This document shows positions 18,006-27,802 of a stretch of 64,000 bases of DNA, in pieces. Location of the stretch: assembly GCA_963816145.1 (NCBI GenBank), contig CAWFJP010000030.1, positions 512,001-576,000 of the forward strand, written 5' to 3'. Source of the stretch: an uncultured delta proteobacterium (lineage in GTDB: Bacteria; Desulfobacterota; Binatia; UBA9968). Position 1 is the first letter of the stretch, and each line of letters starts with the position of its first letter. The position numbers were made by a program, and so were the translations under genes. The notes under the pieces are model-generated. The model had not been told where the DNA came from, did no database searches, and worked only from the letters and a program-made list of their open reading frames with translations.

Positions 18006-18993
18006 CTACCGCCCCATCAACTTCTGCACGAAGCCCTCTTCCTCTAACTTCTTCAAATAGCGGTCGCTGACGAAGTTCTTGGCGTCGAGCTTGGCCAATT
18101 TCGGTTCCGCTGGCGACCAGCGGGTCGACCACCGCCTGCATGGCGCTCACCGATGGATATGGGATGTCGGGGATCTTGTTTTTGTTGTACTCGTAGGCTT
18201 CTTTCAACAACTCCTGATCGTTGACCCGGCTAAACTGCGCCAGCGCTTTCATCGTGTATTCCGGTTCGGTTTTGAAGATCTTGATCGCCTCTACATAGGC
18301 GCGCAGAAAGTTGAGGATACGCCCCTCGTTTTTCTGAATCAGCTTTGCGCTACCGCACATGCCCGTGTTGAAATAGGGTATGCCCAACGCCGTGGCGTCG
18401 GCAACGACATTGAAGTTGAATTTCTTGGCAAATGCGCCAAAGGGCGCGTTAAAAACCGAGCCGTCGATGCTGCCGGAGCGCAGTGCGGCCAACCGCTCGG
18501 ACTCGTTGCCGATCTGCAGGATCGTCACCTCTTTCGGATCGACACCCACCGTTTTGAGCATCGTGCGCAAGCCAAAATCCGACGACGACGCGAAGCGGCT
18601 GATGGCGAACTTTTTGCCTTTGAGATCACCGGCGCTTTTGATGTCGGAACGCGTAACCAACTGGTAGCCCATCTTATCGTCGGTCATGGCGATGTAGAGA
18701 ATGTCGGCGCCGCGCATATTCGCCGCCACGCCGGGCGGTCCGGTGAGCTGCCCCAAGTCGACGTCGCCGGACAGCATTGCTTGAATCACCGTACTGCCCC
18801 CGGGAATGTAAACTACCACCGAGGACAATCCATACTTGGCGTAAAGCCCGCGCTTCTCGGCCAACGACACCAGCAGCGCGTGCGGATTGACCGAACTGTA
18901 AGCGATCCGAATGGTATCGGCGGCGTGAGTTAAATCAGCCCAGGCCGCGCAGAGTAGAGTTAGCGAAACAATTTTGGCGAATTTCATGGTCAT
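18006..18993 (-). CDS. ABC transporter substrate-binding protein, NitT/TauT, with a +1 frameshift near the 3' end
   Basis: Removing the base at 18111 restores ...AEPKLAKLDAKNFVSDRYLKKLEEEGFVQKLMGR-stop, the C-terminus seen in the paralogs. Confidence 0.8.
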
Positions 18994-19048
18994 CTAAAAA
19001 TCTTTCCTTTGCGTCTTTGCGCCTTCGCGAGAGAAATATCCGAACGAC

Positions 19049-20092
19049 TTATAGCGAAAACAACTCTTTGGCATTCTTATACAAAATCTTCTCCTTGGTC
19101 TCGTTCGACAGCTGTTTGTGATTGCGCAAATCGATCAGGTTGTGCGGGAACTCGTTATCCCAGTGGGGTATGTCGGAGGCGTAGAGAAAATGCTCGGCGC
19201 CGACGTAGTCGACGGTGTGGGTCAACTGCGATTCGCCGGGCTCGACGCTGAAGTAAAGCTTCGCCTCGCGCACGATCTCGCTTGGTTTCTTTTTCAAGAG
19301 CGGCATTTCGATCTCGGCGCGTTTTTCCCAGTGCTCGTCGAGCCGGTCCAAGTAATACGGCAGCCAGGTGGCGCCGATTTCCAGAAACGCCAATTTCAAT
19401 TTCGGGAAGCGCACCGGCAACCCCTGGCAGACGATGCTGGTAAACTGGAGGAGGATACCGACCGGGAACGCGTAGGAATGGACCTCGGCAAAGGTCGACA
19501 ATCCGGAGGTGCCGAGCTCGCGCGATGTGTTGCGCGTGCCATGGATGCCGAGCACGATGTTGAGCCTCTCCGCTTCTTCATAGATCGGATCGTAGAATGG
19601 ATCGCCCAGTGCCAGCGGCAGACCGGTCGGCAAGATTTCAAAACCTTTGAGGCCTAACTCGGTCACTGCTCGGCGCAGCTCCTCGGCGGCGGCTTTGGGC
19701 GAGCGCATCGGCAAACAGCCGACGCAGAACAGCCGGTCGGAGCGCGCATTGTACTCTTTGGCAAACTGCGTGTTGGCGGCGCGTGACACGGCGATTTGAT
19801 ACGGCACTTCCTGATTCTTGGCGATATTGCCGGAGCCGGTGGGAAAGCAGACCGCTTTCTCGATGTCGTACTCGTCCATGATCTTATGCCAGTTGTCGAC
19901 CTGTTGCGCCGCGCTCAGCCCCTTCCACGTCCGCGCCATCTCGAACCCGTCCATCATGTCGTTGTCCCAGGGCTGATCGCCCGGCCACAAACCGGTGGGC
20001 CGCTTGATCCAGGGTTCTTCGAGATATTTGCGAATGTCCGATTGCCGTTCGAGCACATGACCGTCGGTATCGATAACCGGAAAGTTTGCCAT
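19049..20092 (-). CDS. Amidohydrolase family protein (Amidohydro_2)
   Basis: VIDTDGH, LGIHG, FLEIGATWLP, YASDIPHWD. Confidence 0.9.
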   Translation of the reverse strand: MANFPVIDTDGHVLERQSDIRKYLEEPWIKRPTGLWPGDQPWDNDMMDGFEMARTWKGLSAAQQVDNWHKIMDEYDIEKAVCFPTGSGNIAKNQEVPYQIAVSRAANTQFAKEYNARSDRLFCVGCLPMRSPKAAAEELRRAVTELGLKGFEILPTGLPLALGDPFYDPIYEEAERLNIVLGIHGTRNTSRELGTSGLSTFAEVHSYAFPVGILLQFTSIVCQGLPVRFPKLKLAFLEIGATWLPYYLDRLDEHWEKRAEIEMPLLKKKPSEIVREAKLYFSVEPGESQLTHTVDYVGAEHFLYASDIPHWDNEFPHNLIDLRNHKQLSNETKEKILYKNAKELFSL

Positions 20093-20176
20093 GGGAATAC
20101 CCTCCTACATGAGTTCAGACTTAGTTCTTCTAGTCTGGTACGAACGTGGCTGTCAATGCGCGAGCGGAACTAGAAT

Positions 20177-20266
20177 TGGAGTGGTGGAGTAATGGAGCGA
20201 TGGCAAAACAATCAAGAGCGACTCACTCATCGTCCGATAGCCATTACTCCAACCCTCCATTACTCG
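20177..20266. repeat. Inverted TGGAGTAA octamer repeat element (family D)
   Basis: TGGAGTGGTGGAGTAATGGAGCGATGG ... CCATTACTCCAACCCTCCATTACTC. Confidence 0.75.
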
Positions 20267-20268
20267 AA

Positions 20269-21123
20269 TCATCCACACCCCACATACTCCGCCAACGCGG
20301 CGCGCCAATCGCGCATGGGCGGCAAACCGAGCTGTTCCGACAGCACGCAGCGCAGCGGCGTGTAGCGCGGCCGGGCGGCGACGCGTTTCATGTCGCGCTC
20401 ATGGGTAATTTCAATGAGGGAATCGATTCGGTCGCGCGCCAACCCAAGCAAGCGCCCGGCTTCGAGGGCGAATTCGTAATACGTGCAGACACCTTCGTTA
20501 ACGACGTGATAGGTGCCGTACCGGCCGATAGCGCGAATCGCCATCATCCGCTCGATCAGGTCATCAACAAAGGTCGTGCTCGACCAGATATCGTCGATGG
20601 CGCGCACCGTCCTGCCCGCTTTGAGATCGTTGGCAACCGTGCAGAGAAAGCTGTTCTTGCCGCTGCCATAGACCCAGGACGTGCGCACGATGAAGCTGCG
20701 CGCGCACGCAGCCCGCACCGCCGCCTCACCGGCAACTTTTGTCCTGCCGTAATTGTTGACGGGTCGCGGGGCGTCTTCAATCGTATAAGGCAAACGCCTC
20801 ACCGGCTCGCCGTCGAACGCATACTGCGTGCTAAAATGAACCATCTCAGCGCCCACTTCGTTCGCCGCTTCGGCCACGAAGCCCGGACCGTCGACATTTA
20901 CCGCTTGAGCCCTTGCCGGTTCCTGCTCCGACTCGTCTACTTGGAGCACCGCGCAATTGATAATCAGCGCCGGCTTGGCATCGGCGACGCAACGCCGCAC
21001 AGCAGCGCCATCCGTAATATCGAGGTCGCCATGCGTGAGCGCTAGCACCTCATGCTCGCGCGCCATCCGCCGCGCCAAGTGACTGCCGACCAGCCCAGCC
21101 ACGCCGGAAATAAGAATTCTCAT
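20269..21123 (-). CDS. rfbD: dTDP-4-dehydrorhamnose reductase
   Basis: GVAGLVG, LDITD, YGRTK (YxxxK), RTSWVYG, AARPRY. Confidence 0.85.
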   Translation of the reverse strand: MRILISGVAGLVGSHLARRMAREHEVLALTHGDLDITDGAAVRRCVADAKPALIINCAVLQVDESEQEPARAQAVNVDGPGFVAEAANEVGAEMVHFSTQYAFDGEPVRRLPYTIEDAPRPVNNYGRTKVAGEAAVRAACARSFIVRTSWVYGSGKNSFLCTVANDLKAGRTVRAIDDIWSSTTFVDDLIERMMAIRAIGRYGTYHVVNEGVCTYYEFALEAGRLLGLARDRIDSLIEITHERDMKRVAARPRYTPLRCVLSEQLGLPPMRDWRAALAEYVGCG

Positions 21124-21219
21124 CGCGTCAGACTGTAAAACGAGATACGTAACTCAGCAAGCGAAGCAAACGGGTTTGAAACCCACCCCATAGTTCCGAA
21201 TTCCGGCTTTGAGTTTATT

Positions 21220-21325
21220 TTGCGCCCTTTGCGCTCTCTGCGGTGGAATCTCCCCCTCCTCTTTCCTCCCCCGCGTGCGGGGGAGGATGAAGGTGGGGGT
21301 GATCGCCGTGAACTCTGCGGTGAAT
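21220..21325. repeat. Stacked repeats: TTTGCG 9-mers (family F) around a CCTCCCCCGC/GCGGGGGAGG palindrome (family G)
   Basis: Family G copy nearly identical to 38570-38621. Confidence 0.75.
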
Positions 21326-21337
21326 TTTTAACGGCAA

Positions 21338-22333
21338 TCAGAGCGCGTAGCTCTTGAAGAACTCCCACATCTCCCGGTTGGCGTCGATGATATCGGTCGA
21401 CGGTCCGAGGATGCGCTCCAAGACTTTCTGCTTGCCGCCGGGCCAAACATGGCCGGCGCCGGTGAGTTTCCAGAGCACGACTGACGCGCCGTCGCGGCAG
21501 TTAGGATAAACATATTTGGTTGCGCTATGGCCGCGCGGGGTGCGATCGGTGCGCCGCTCGGCGACCGTCGGTTCGGCCTCGCAACCGTTATGATCAGCCC
21601 AGCGCTTGATCATCTCGTCGATGTTGGGATGAAACACTTGGCTTTTGGTTAATGGGAACGGCGGTCCGAGGCCGCCAGGGTAAAGAGCGCGCGGATCGTC
21701 GGTGCTGTGAATATGCAACACCGGCACGGCGCGTGCCGTTTTGATGACCGGTAGCACCATGCCACCGGCCACCGGCGCCACCGCAGCGATCACATCGCTC
21801 GCCTCCGCCGCCAAACGGTGCGCCATCATGCCGCCGTTGGACATGCCGGTGGCGTAGATGCGGCGCCGGTCGATGGGAAATTTCTCGGCGAGTTTGTCGA
21901 TCAGCGCCCGCACGAAACCGACATCGTCGACTTTGTTGATCACTGAGTAAGCGCAACAGGTGCCGGCGTTCCAGGTGAGCAGCCGCCCGGACAAGCGGCC
22001 GGTGCCGTTGGGATAGACCGTGATAAAATTTTCACTCTCCGCCAAGGCGTCGAGGAGCGAGTATTCTTTTTGATTGGCGCCATGGCCGCCGCCGCCGTGG
22101 AAATTGACGACAACAGGCAACACCTGACGCTCCGCCGCGCGCCGTGGCACATGAACGATGGCGCTGCGCTCGCGCCCGCCATGTTGCAGCGTCACGCTAT
22201 GATCGCCGGGGATGAGCGTCGGAGAAACAGCCAAAGCCGATGCAGCGCCAAGAAGGAGCATCGGCACCAACAAGAACATCGACGCGGCCACGATTTTCCA
22301 TTCTACGCCGATTTTGTCACGGCTTAGCATCAT
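21338..22333 (-). CDS. Secreted alpha/beta-hydrolase, PHB depolymerase/LpqP-like esterase
   Basis: FHGGGG, WNAGTCC, VDDVGF, nucleophile GMSNGG, GHVWPG. Confidence 0.85.
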   Translation of the reverse strand: MMLSRDKIGVEWKIVAASMFLLVPMLLLGAASALAVSPTLIPGDHSVTLQHGGRERSAIVHVPRRAAERQVLPVVVNFHGGGGHGANQKEYSLLDALAESENFITVYPNGTGRLSGRLLTWNAGTCCAYSVINKVDDVGFVRALIDKLAEKFPIDRRRIYATGMSNGGMMAHRLAAEASDVIAAVAPVAGGMVLPVIKTARAVPVLHIHSTDDPRALYPGGLGPPFPLTKSQVFHPNIDEMIKRWADHNGCEAEPTVAERRTDRTPRGHSATKYVYPNCRDGASVVLWKLTGAGHVWPGGKQKVLERILGPSTDIIDANREMWEFFKSYAL

Positions 22334-22396
22334 GTCCCAGAAATTGAACGGGGAGCCAAAGCCCCCCGTTTGTAAAATTCTAGTAAATTTATGCGA

Positions 22397-22738
22397 TTAA
22401 TATTCGCGCCGCTGTTTGAGCTGTTCAAGCTCCTGGCGTTGGCGCAAGATTTCCTGTTCGTTGCGCTGGATCGCCTGATCCTGTTCATTGCCCTGGATTT
22501 CCCGACCTTGCAAGCCGTCGCCGATCAAACCGCCGGCGCCGGCGCCGAGCACCGTGCCGATCATCGCGCCCGCCAAAGGCTTGCGCACCGCGGTGCCGAT
22601 CAAACCGCCGGCGGTCGCCCCGCCCAAGGCGCCAATGCCGATGCCCTTTTCACGCGTGGTGATCGCACCGCCCGCGCAGCCCGCTGCCAAGGTGGCCACC
22701 AGCGCCAAACTTGCCAACGATTTGATAGTGTTTTTCAT
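22397..22738 (-). CDS. Glycine-zipper lipoprotein
   Basis: Lipobox LAAGC; GxxxG repeats; C-terminal coiled coil; GAGG RBS. Confidence 0.85.
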   Translation of the reverse strand: MKNTIKSLASLALVATLAAGCAGGAITTREKGIGIGALGGATAGGLIGTAVRKPLAGAMIGTVLGAGAGGLIGDGLQGREIQGNEQDQAIQRNEQEILRQRQELEQLKQRREY

Positions 22739-22799
22739 GGTCCCCGCCTCCTAGCTGGGTTAGACGGATGACTCGCGGAAATGTTTACTGCCCCGCATA

Positions 22800-22931
22800 G
22801 AGGCTGTGTTGTAATGCTCACATGCCCCGCATCTGTCATCCCGAAAGCAGCGAGGGATCTCGTCTTTTCAGCCACATACGAAGAAGGGATTCCTCGGCTT
22901 CACCTCGGAATGACAGTTGCGACACAGTCTC
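22800..22931. mobile_element. MITE-like element with 15-bp imperfect terminal inverted repeats, enclosing a TGTCAT...ATGACA palindrome (family H)
   Basis: GAGGCTGTGTTGTAA ... TTGCGACACAGTCTC (12/15 complementary). Confidence 0.55.
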
Positions 22932-23059
22932 AGAGCCTGGAATATGAATTACTTTCCGGCTAGAGCGAGAGTCAAAAATGTTCTGACCGGTTGCCCGCTT
23001 GTGCTGGCGTTTCCAACTCGGGTGTTCTGATCTCCAGCAAAAGAATCGTGAGCGTGCGC

Positions 23060-23824
23060 CTAACGCAGCCGTTGAATCATCGCGATCCGGTCATCGAGCC
23101 CGGGGTGGGTAGATAGGAAGCCGCCCCCTTTGTCGCCGGATATGCGGCGAATCCAACTGAGAGAGTCGACCATGACATCTTTGGAATATCCGGCACGGAG
23201 CAGGATATCGACGCCATGATTATCGGCGTTGAACTCTTCGTTTCGGCCGTAACTGCGCGTTGCCAGTTCGCCGGCGATGGGCGCCACGGCTCCGGCGAGC
23301 GGAGATAGTTGCTGCAATCCCGCGCTCAAGGCGTTGATCGTCGCACCGAGCACTTGCGCCTTAGCCACATGTCCCAAGTCTTGATGCGCCAGCTCATGAG
23401 CCAGCACACCGCGCAATTGGTCATCCGAGGCGCGCCGCAAGAGTCCCATGGTCAGGTAAAATTGGCAGTTGCCGGCATTGGCGGCGTTGATCTCGTTCTG
23501 ATTGATGATGCCGACCTTGACTTGATCGAGCCGGCAAGGTTTGTCCATGGCCTGGACCAAAGGCACCATCACGCGGCGCAAACGCGCGGCGTCGTTGGTA
23601 TCGACGCTGCGCGAACTGTAGCTTTGCAACCGCGGTTGCGGGTGGTCTTGCGGCACGCGCTGGCTCGGCGGCACAGCCGTGGTGAAACAAGCTGAGAAAG
23701 CCAATGGCGCCAAGCACAGCATCGCCAGTGCAGCACGTTGAGAGCGGCAGAATTTTGCCGTCCACCGGCTAGCGCCAACGGACAACTTTCTCGTCTTCAT
23801 ATGAACACCATTGATCAACATCAA
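23060..23824 (-). CDS. M48 family metallopeptidase, probable lipoprotein
   Basis: INAAN, HELAH, YGRNEEFNAD, FLSTHP; start uncertain. Confidence 0.88.
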   Translation of the reverse strand: MMLINGVHMKTRKLSVGASRWTAKFCRSQRAALAMLCLAPLAFSACFTTAVPPSQRVPQDHPQPRLQSYSSRSVDTNDAARLRRVMVPLVQAMDKPCRLDQVKVGIINQNEINAANAGNCQFYLTMGLLRRASDDQLRGVLAHELAHQDLGHVAKAQVLGATINALSAGLQQLSPLAGAVAPIAGELATRSYGRNEEFNADNHGVDILLRAGYSKDVMVDSLSWIRRISGDKGGGFLSTHPGLDDRIAMIQRLR

Positions 23825-23826
23825 TC

Positions 23827-24687
23827 CTAGGACGCCGGCTGTTCACCATTAGCCGCTGTGGCCTGGATGCCCCGTTTGTCTTCCATCAGATCGAGCTGCA
23901 CGCTGCCGAACAAGATTTTGCTGCTCAGCTTGACCGGCAGACGCCGTTCATCGGTGGAGATCCAGACCGCCGCCTCGCGCAATCTGTTGGCGTAGCCGGA
24001 CTTCTTCAAATTCTGCACGCTCGGCACGATTTTGTAGGCTTCGACAGTCTTACCGGAAGGCAACTCCACCGGCTCTTTCTTTTCGATGAACAATTCGAGG
24101 AGATAATGATAACGGCCGCCGAAGATCTTGAAGTAAAGCTTGTCGCCGACCTTGAAGTCGACGCTGCGAGCCAAATAGACCGCCGTGACCGGATCGAAGG
24201 TGTTCTGCGAGTCGAACTGATAGATCTTGGTGCGCTTGCCATTCTGCTGGCGAGTGACCGCCCAACGCTTGGCGGTCAAATCGAGCTTGGCTTCGGTGTC
24301 GATGATCCGGGAGTTTTCCCGCTGGTTAAAAAGATAATGGTTCGGCGACAGAGACTTGGCATCAAATGTCGAGCTGATGGTATCACGCATCTTCCAGATC
24401 AAATCGAGAGCCTTGGCGGTCTTGGCGTCGACTCGAACTTGATAAACCCGCTTGCCGTCGACCATGCTCGATGTCGTCGTCACCTCCGCCGTCGCTACCG
24501 AGAACAGGCCGTTCCAGGTCGCGCGGTACACTCCTTTCTCTCCCCTGTCGAAGGGATAGAATTTGGGAGTGTATACCGGGAGGTTGTCCGCTTTGATGGT
24601 CGCTTCACCGGCTTGAGAGACCGAGCCGGCAAGCAAACCGAAGACGCTTAGTGTCGCGAACAGCCAGTTGAGTTTAGGTACTTCCAT
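23827..24687 (-). CDS. Exported DUF3108-like protein
   Basis: Signal peptide; beta-rich; FDPVTAVY; VWISTDERRLPVKL...FGSV. Confidence 0.75.
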   Translation of the reverse strand: MEVPKLNWLFATLSVFGLLAGSVSQAGEATIKADNLPVYTPKFYPFDRGEKGVYRATWNGLFSVATAEVTTTSSMVDGKRVYQVRVDAKTAKALDLIWKMRDTISSTFDAKSLSPNHYLFNQRENSRIIDTEAKLDLTAKRWAVTRQQNGKRTKIYQFDSQNTFDPVTAVYLARSVDFKVGDKLYFKIFGGRYHYLLELFIEKKEPVELPSGKTVEAYKIVPSVQNLKKSGYANRLREAAVWISTDERRLPVKLSSKILFGSVQLDLMEDKRGIQATAANGEQPAS

Positions 24688-24863
24688 GTCAGTCCTTTAG
24701 ACGCCCCGCAGCAAAAAAAGTTTAAACTTAATATACCATATTAGGCGCTTCACCCCAGCCCAACTAGGACCGACCCCCGCTGCAAGAAAAGGCGTTAAGT
24801 AGCTGAAAATATTGCAGCCAACCGGCGCTTGGGCTACATTCGAGGTGATTCTACGGATCACCT

Positions 24864-26018
24864 ATGAAAATGCCACGAACGGTTTTGCTGTCTGTTCTTA
24901 TGAGTCTGCTCAGCGCCGCGCTGCTGTCGGCTCAGGAAGTCCGTCGATCGAGCGTCGCTAGCGAGAGCGCGCTGCCGTCGCTCGCTGCCATTAAAGACTG
25001 CCTTAACCAGCCCAACAGCCCGGAATGTCTCGACAAGCTGTTTCGCGATGCGCTGAAAAATCACACCACTCTCGAAGCCCTCCAATTGATTCAGCGCTAT
25101 GAAAAAGACGATGCCGACCTACGGCGCGACTGCCATCCGGTGGTCCATGCCATCGGCCGGGAAACCTATCGGGTGAAGGGCACGATCCACGATTCGTTTA
25201 CCGCCTGCGACCAGACCTGTCATTCAGGCTGCTACCACGGCTCGGTAGAGCGCTTTCTGCGCGGCGAAGATATTTACAACCAGGCCAACCGGCACCCGAG
25301 CGCTGCCGAGTTGAAGCAAAAAGCTGTGCTCGCCTGCGACCCCAAGCTCGCCGACCGCTTTCGCTTTCAATGTTTTCACGGATTGGGCCACGCGCTGCTT
25401 TTCTTCACCGGTTATAAGCTTGTGCCATCTTTGGATGCCTGCGACGTGCTGCCCAACGGCTGGAGCCAATCGTCTTGCTACGGCGGCGTGTTTATGGAGA
25501 ATGTCTTCAACGCCACGCCCGAACTGCGCGACCTGAGCGCCACCGACTATCACTACCCGTGCAATAAATTAGCCGCCAAGTACCGCAGCGAATGTTACGT
25601 CATGCAGACCTCGCGCATGAGCGAAATGGGCCTGACGACGGAAAGAATCTTTCAAGAATGCGACAAGAGCGGCGAGTACCGTTATCAATGCGCCCTTTCG
25701 GCGGGACGCGACCTGTCGAACTACGTGCGCCTTGGACAGGTCGAGCCGACCGCGCAAAAGTGTCAGGCCGCCGGCGGCGACTCCAAGCGCGCCTGCATCC
25801 GCGGCGTGGTCTACGCTCTCATCGATAACACTTGGGACGGCCGCTATGCCATGCCGTTCTGCGCCGCTCTCGCCGACGGCAGCGATCAAAGCGACTGTTA
25901 CCGCGAAAGCATCGCCTATCTCAAGGACACTTTTGAAAAATCCGCCGCGGACATCGTCAAAGAATGCCGCCAACTTGCGAATCCATCCGAGCGCTGCGCC
26001 GAACTCGCCGCCCGGTAG
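24864..26018 (+). CDS. Secreted Cys/His-rich helical-repeat hypothetical protein
   Basis: Signal peptide; 20 Cys; CHPVVH, CDQTCHSGCYHG, CFHGLGH, CYGGVFME. Confidence 0.8.
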   Translation: MKMPRTVLLSVLMSLLSAALLSAQEVRRSSVASESALPSLAAIKDCLNQPNSPECLDKLFRDALKNHTTLEALQLIQRYEKDDADLRRDCHPVVHAIGRETYRVKGTIHDSFTACDQTCHSGCYHGSVERFLRGEDIYNQANRHPSAAELKQKAVLACDPKLADRFRFQCFHGLGHALLFFTGYKLVPSLDACDVLPNGWSQSSCYGGVFMENVFNATPELRDLSATDYHYPCNKLAAKYRSECYVMQTSRMSEMGLTTERIFQECDKSGEYRYQCALSAGRDLSNYVRLGQVEPTAQKCQAAGGDSKRACIRGVVYALIDNTWDGRYAMPFCAALADGSDQSDCYRESIAYLKDTFEKSAADIVKECRQLANPSERCAELAAR

Positions 26019-26205
26019 CCCATGGCACAAGTTCCGCTGATTTATTTCCACCACACCGTAAATTTTGTTGCGCGACTAATGCCGCGAAGCCGGCGTTTTT
26101 TAATGTCGTTTTCACAGGGAAATTTTGTCGTGCTGCGCTTGCGTGCAGCGGTCGTAAGTGCAAAAGTATGCGCCACCAAGCCGGAGATCTTTTGCCAGAC
26201 TAGCC

Positions 26206-26598
26206 ATGGAACCACCACTCTTAATGCTCATCGACGACGAGTTCGGTGTGCGCGAGTCGCTCAAGATGGTCTTCTCCAAAGATTACCGCGTTATCGACAC
26301 CGACTCGCTCGCCGCGGCGATTCCCAAGATCGAGGCGTTCCGGCCGAGCGTCGTCCTGCTTGACGTGCTCATGCCGAAAACCGACGGTCTCGCCGCATTG
26401 CAGCAGATCAAACAGATCCATCCCAACTGTGAGGTCATCATACTCACCGGCATCAATTCCCAACAGCTCGCCGCCAAGGCGATCGAGCTCGGTGCCTGCG
26501 ATTTCGTCGGCAAGCCCTTCGACATCGTCGTCCTGCGGCAAAAAGTCAGCCGTGCGCTGGAAAAATTGGCGCAACGATCGGCGCCGCCTGCATCCTAA
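26206..26598 (+). CDS. Single-domain response regulator receiver
   Basis: LIDDE, LLDVLMP, IILTG, VGKPF. Confidence 0.9.
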   Translation: MEPPLLMLIDDEFGVRESLKMVFSKDYRVIDTDSLAAAIPKIEAFRPSVVLLDVLMPKTDGLAALQQIKQIHPNCEVIILTGINSQQLAAKAIELGACDFVGKPFDIVVLRQKVSRALEKLAQRSAPPAS

Positions 26599-26634
26599 CC
26601 ACGAAAACCGCCAACCAAAAAGCAAGCATGCTTT

Positions 26635-26950
26635 TCACCACGAAGGACACGAAGAGCACGAAGTTCGGACAGAAAATCGTCCGAATTCTTTCTGTTCGTA
26701 TTGCTATCGCTCACAATTTGCGCCGCAGGCGCAAATGATCTCGAATTTGAACACACTCGGATTCGGAAACTTTTCCCGCCAAGGCGTAAATACGGCAAGT
26801 TCGGATTCGATGTCATTTCGACCGAAGAGAGAAATCTTTCTTAGATCCCTCGCGGTCACTCCGGAGGACGAGCATCAGCCCGTCACCTTTGCGGCCTTGG
26901 CGTCTTTGCGGGAGATATTGCGAGTTTCGGTTGCGGCTCCGCCGTGCTGT
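26635..26950. repeat. Mosaic of intergenic repeats (half family A; family F arms enclosing family H)
   Basis: TCACCACGAAGGACACGAAGAGCACGAAG; TCCCGCCAAGGCG ... CGTCTTTGCGGGA; TGTCATTTCGACCGAAG. Confidence 0.7.
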
Positions 26951-26981
26951 GCTCCGCGCGGTCAAGAAGCATAACTCTAAA

Positions 26982-27605
26982 ATGGTCAGCAATCGCCATA
27001 AGACAGTCTACCTTTTCGTCCTTCTCTGCTGTCTACTTGCAAGCTGCAGCAAGCTCAAGCAATGGGCCTACCAAGGCATCGACCGCGACCAATGGCAGCA
27101 GCCGGACAAAGTGATCGCGGCGCTGCAAATCCGCGAGGGCGAGCAGATCGCCGATCTTGGCGCCGGCGGCGGCTATTTTACTTTCTATCTCGCCAAGGCG
27201 GCCGGCCCCAACGGCAAGGTCTACGCCGTCGATATCGACAAAGGCACCAACGATTTGATCGCTGAGCGTGCCAAAAAGGATGGGATCGCTAACGTCGCAA
27301 CCATCCTTGCGAACTCAAATGACCCGCTGCTGCCCCAATCCGGCGTCGACCTGATCTTCACCAGCAACACCTACCATCACTTCGACAACCGGGTTGTCTA
27401 CTTTTCCAACCTGCGCAAATACTTGAAACCCGGCGGCCGCATCGCGATTATCGACTTCGACCGGCGCGCCTGGCTCGAAGGTCTATTACGCCACTACACG
27501 CCGAGCGAATTCATCAAACGGGAAATGGAACAGGCGGGCTACACGCTCCGGCAAGAACCAACCTTCCTCGACCGCCAGTCATTTCTGATTTTCACGCTCG
27601 GTTAA
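26982..27605 (+). CDS. Class I SAM-dependent methyltransferase with lipoprotein-like N-terminus
   Basis: ADLGAGGGYF, VYAVDID, LKPGG; LLASC lipobox. Confidence 0.85.
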   Translation: MVSNRHKTVYLFVLLCCLLASCSKLKQWAYQGIDRDQWQQPDKVIAALQIREGEQIADLGAGGGYFTFYLAKAAGPNGKVYAVDIDKGTNDLIAERAKKDGIANVATILANSNDPLLPQSGVDLIFTSNTYHHFDNRVVYFSNLRKYLKPGGRIAIIDFDRRAWLEGLLRHYTPSEFIKREMEQAGYTLRQEPTFLDRQSFLIFTLG

Positions 27606-27802
27606 AGAGTCAATCGATAAAACTGCGGGGAACCCGTATCGACAAACCAGCAGCGCGAATCGGTATCGAACTATTTCCCGAAAAAGAAACTTTTCGCGAC
27701 GCAATACTGTTGAACTCTTCCACCTAAATCCGGGTTTGTTTTTCTCCGAACGCTTGCCGGTGTGACAGAAAATAGGTACTTTACCCTGCAACCGGAGTTT
27801 CC

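Noticed and set aside
26023-26038. Sigma-54-like TGGCACAAGTTCCGCT upstream of the receiver gene
   Set aside because: The -12 element is CCGC rather than TTGC and it lies about 170 nt from the start; too weak to call
26246-26974. ORFs containing HEGHEEHE / TKDTKSTK peptides
   Set aside because: These are translations of the family A DNA repeat, not evidence of a protein family
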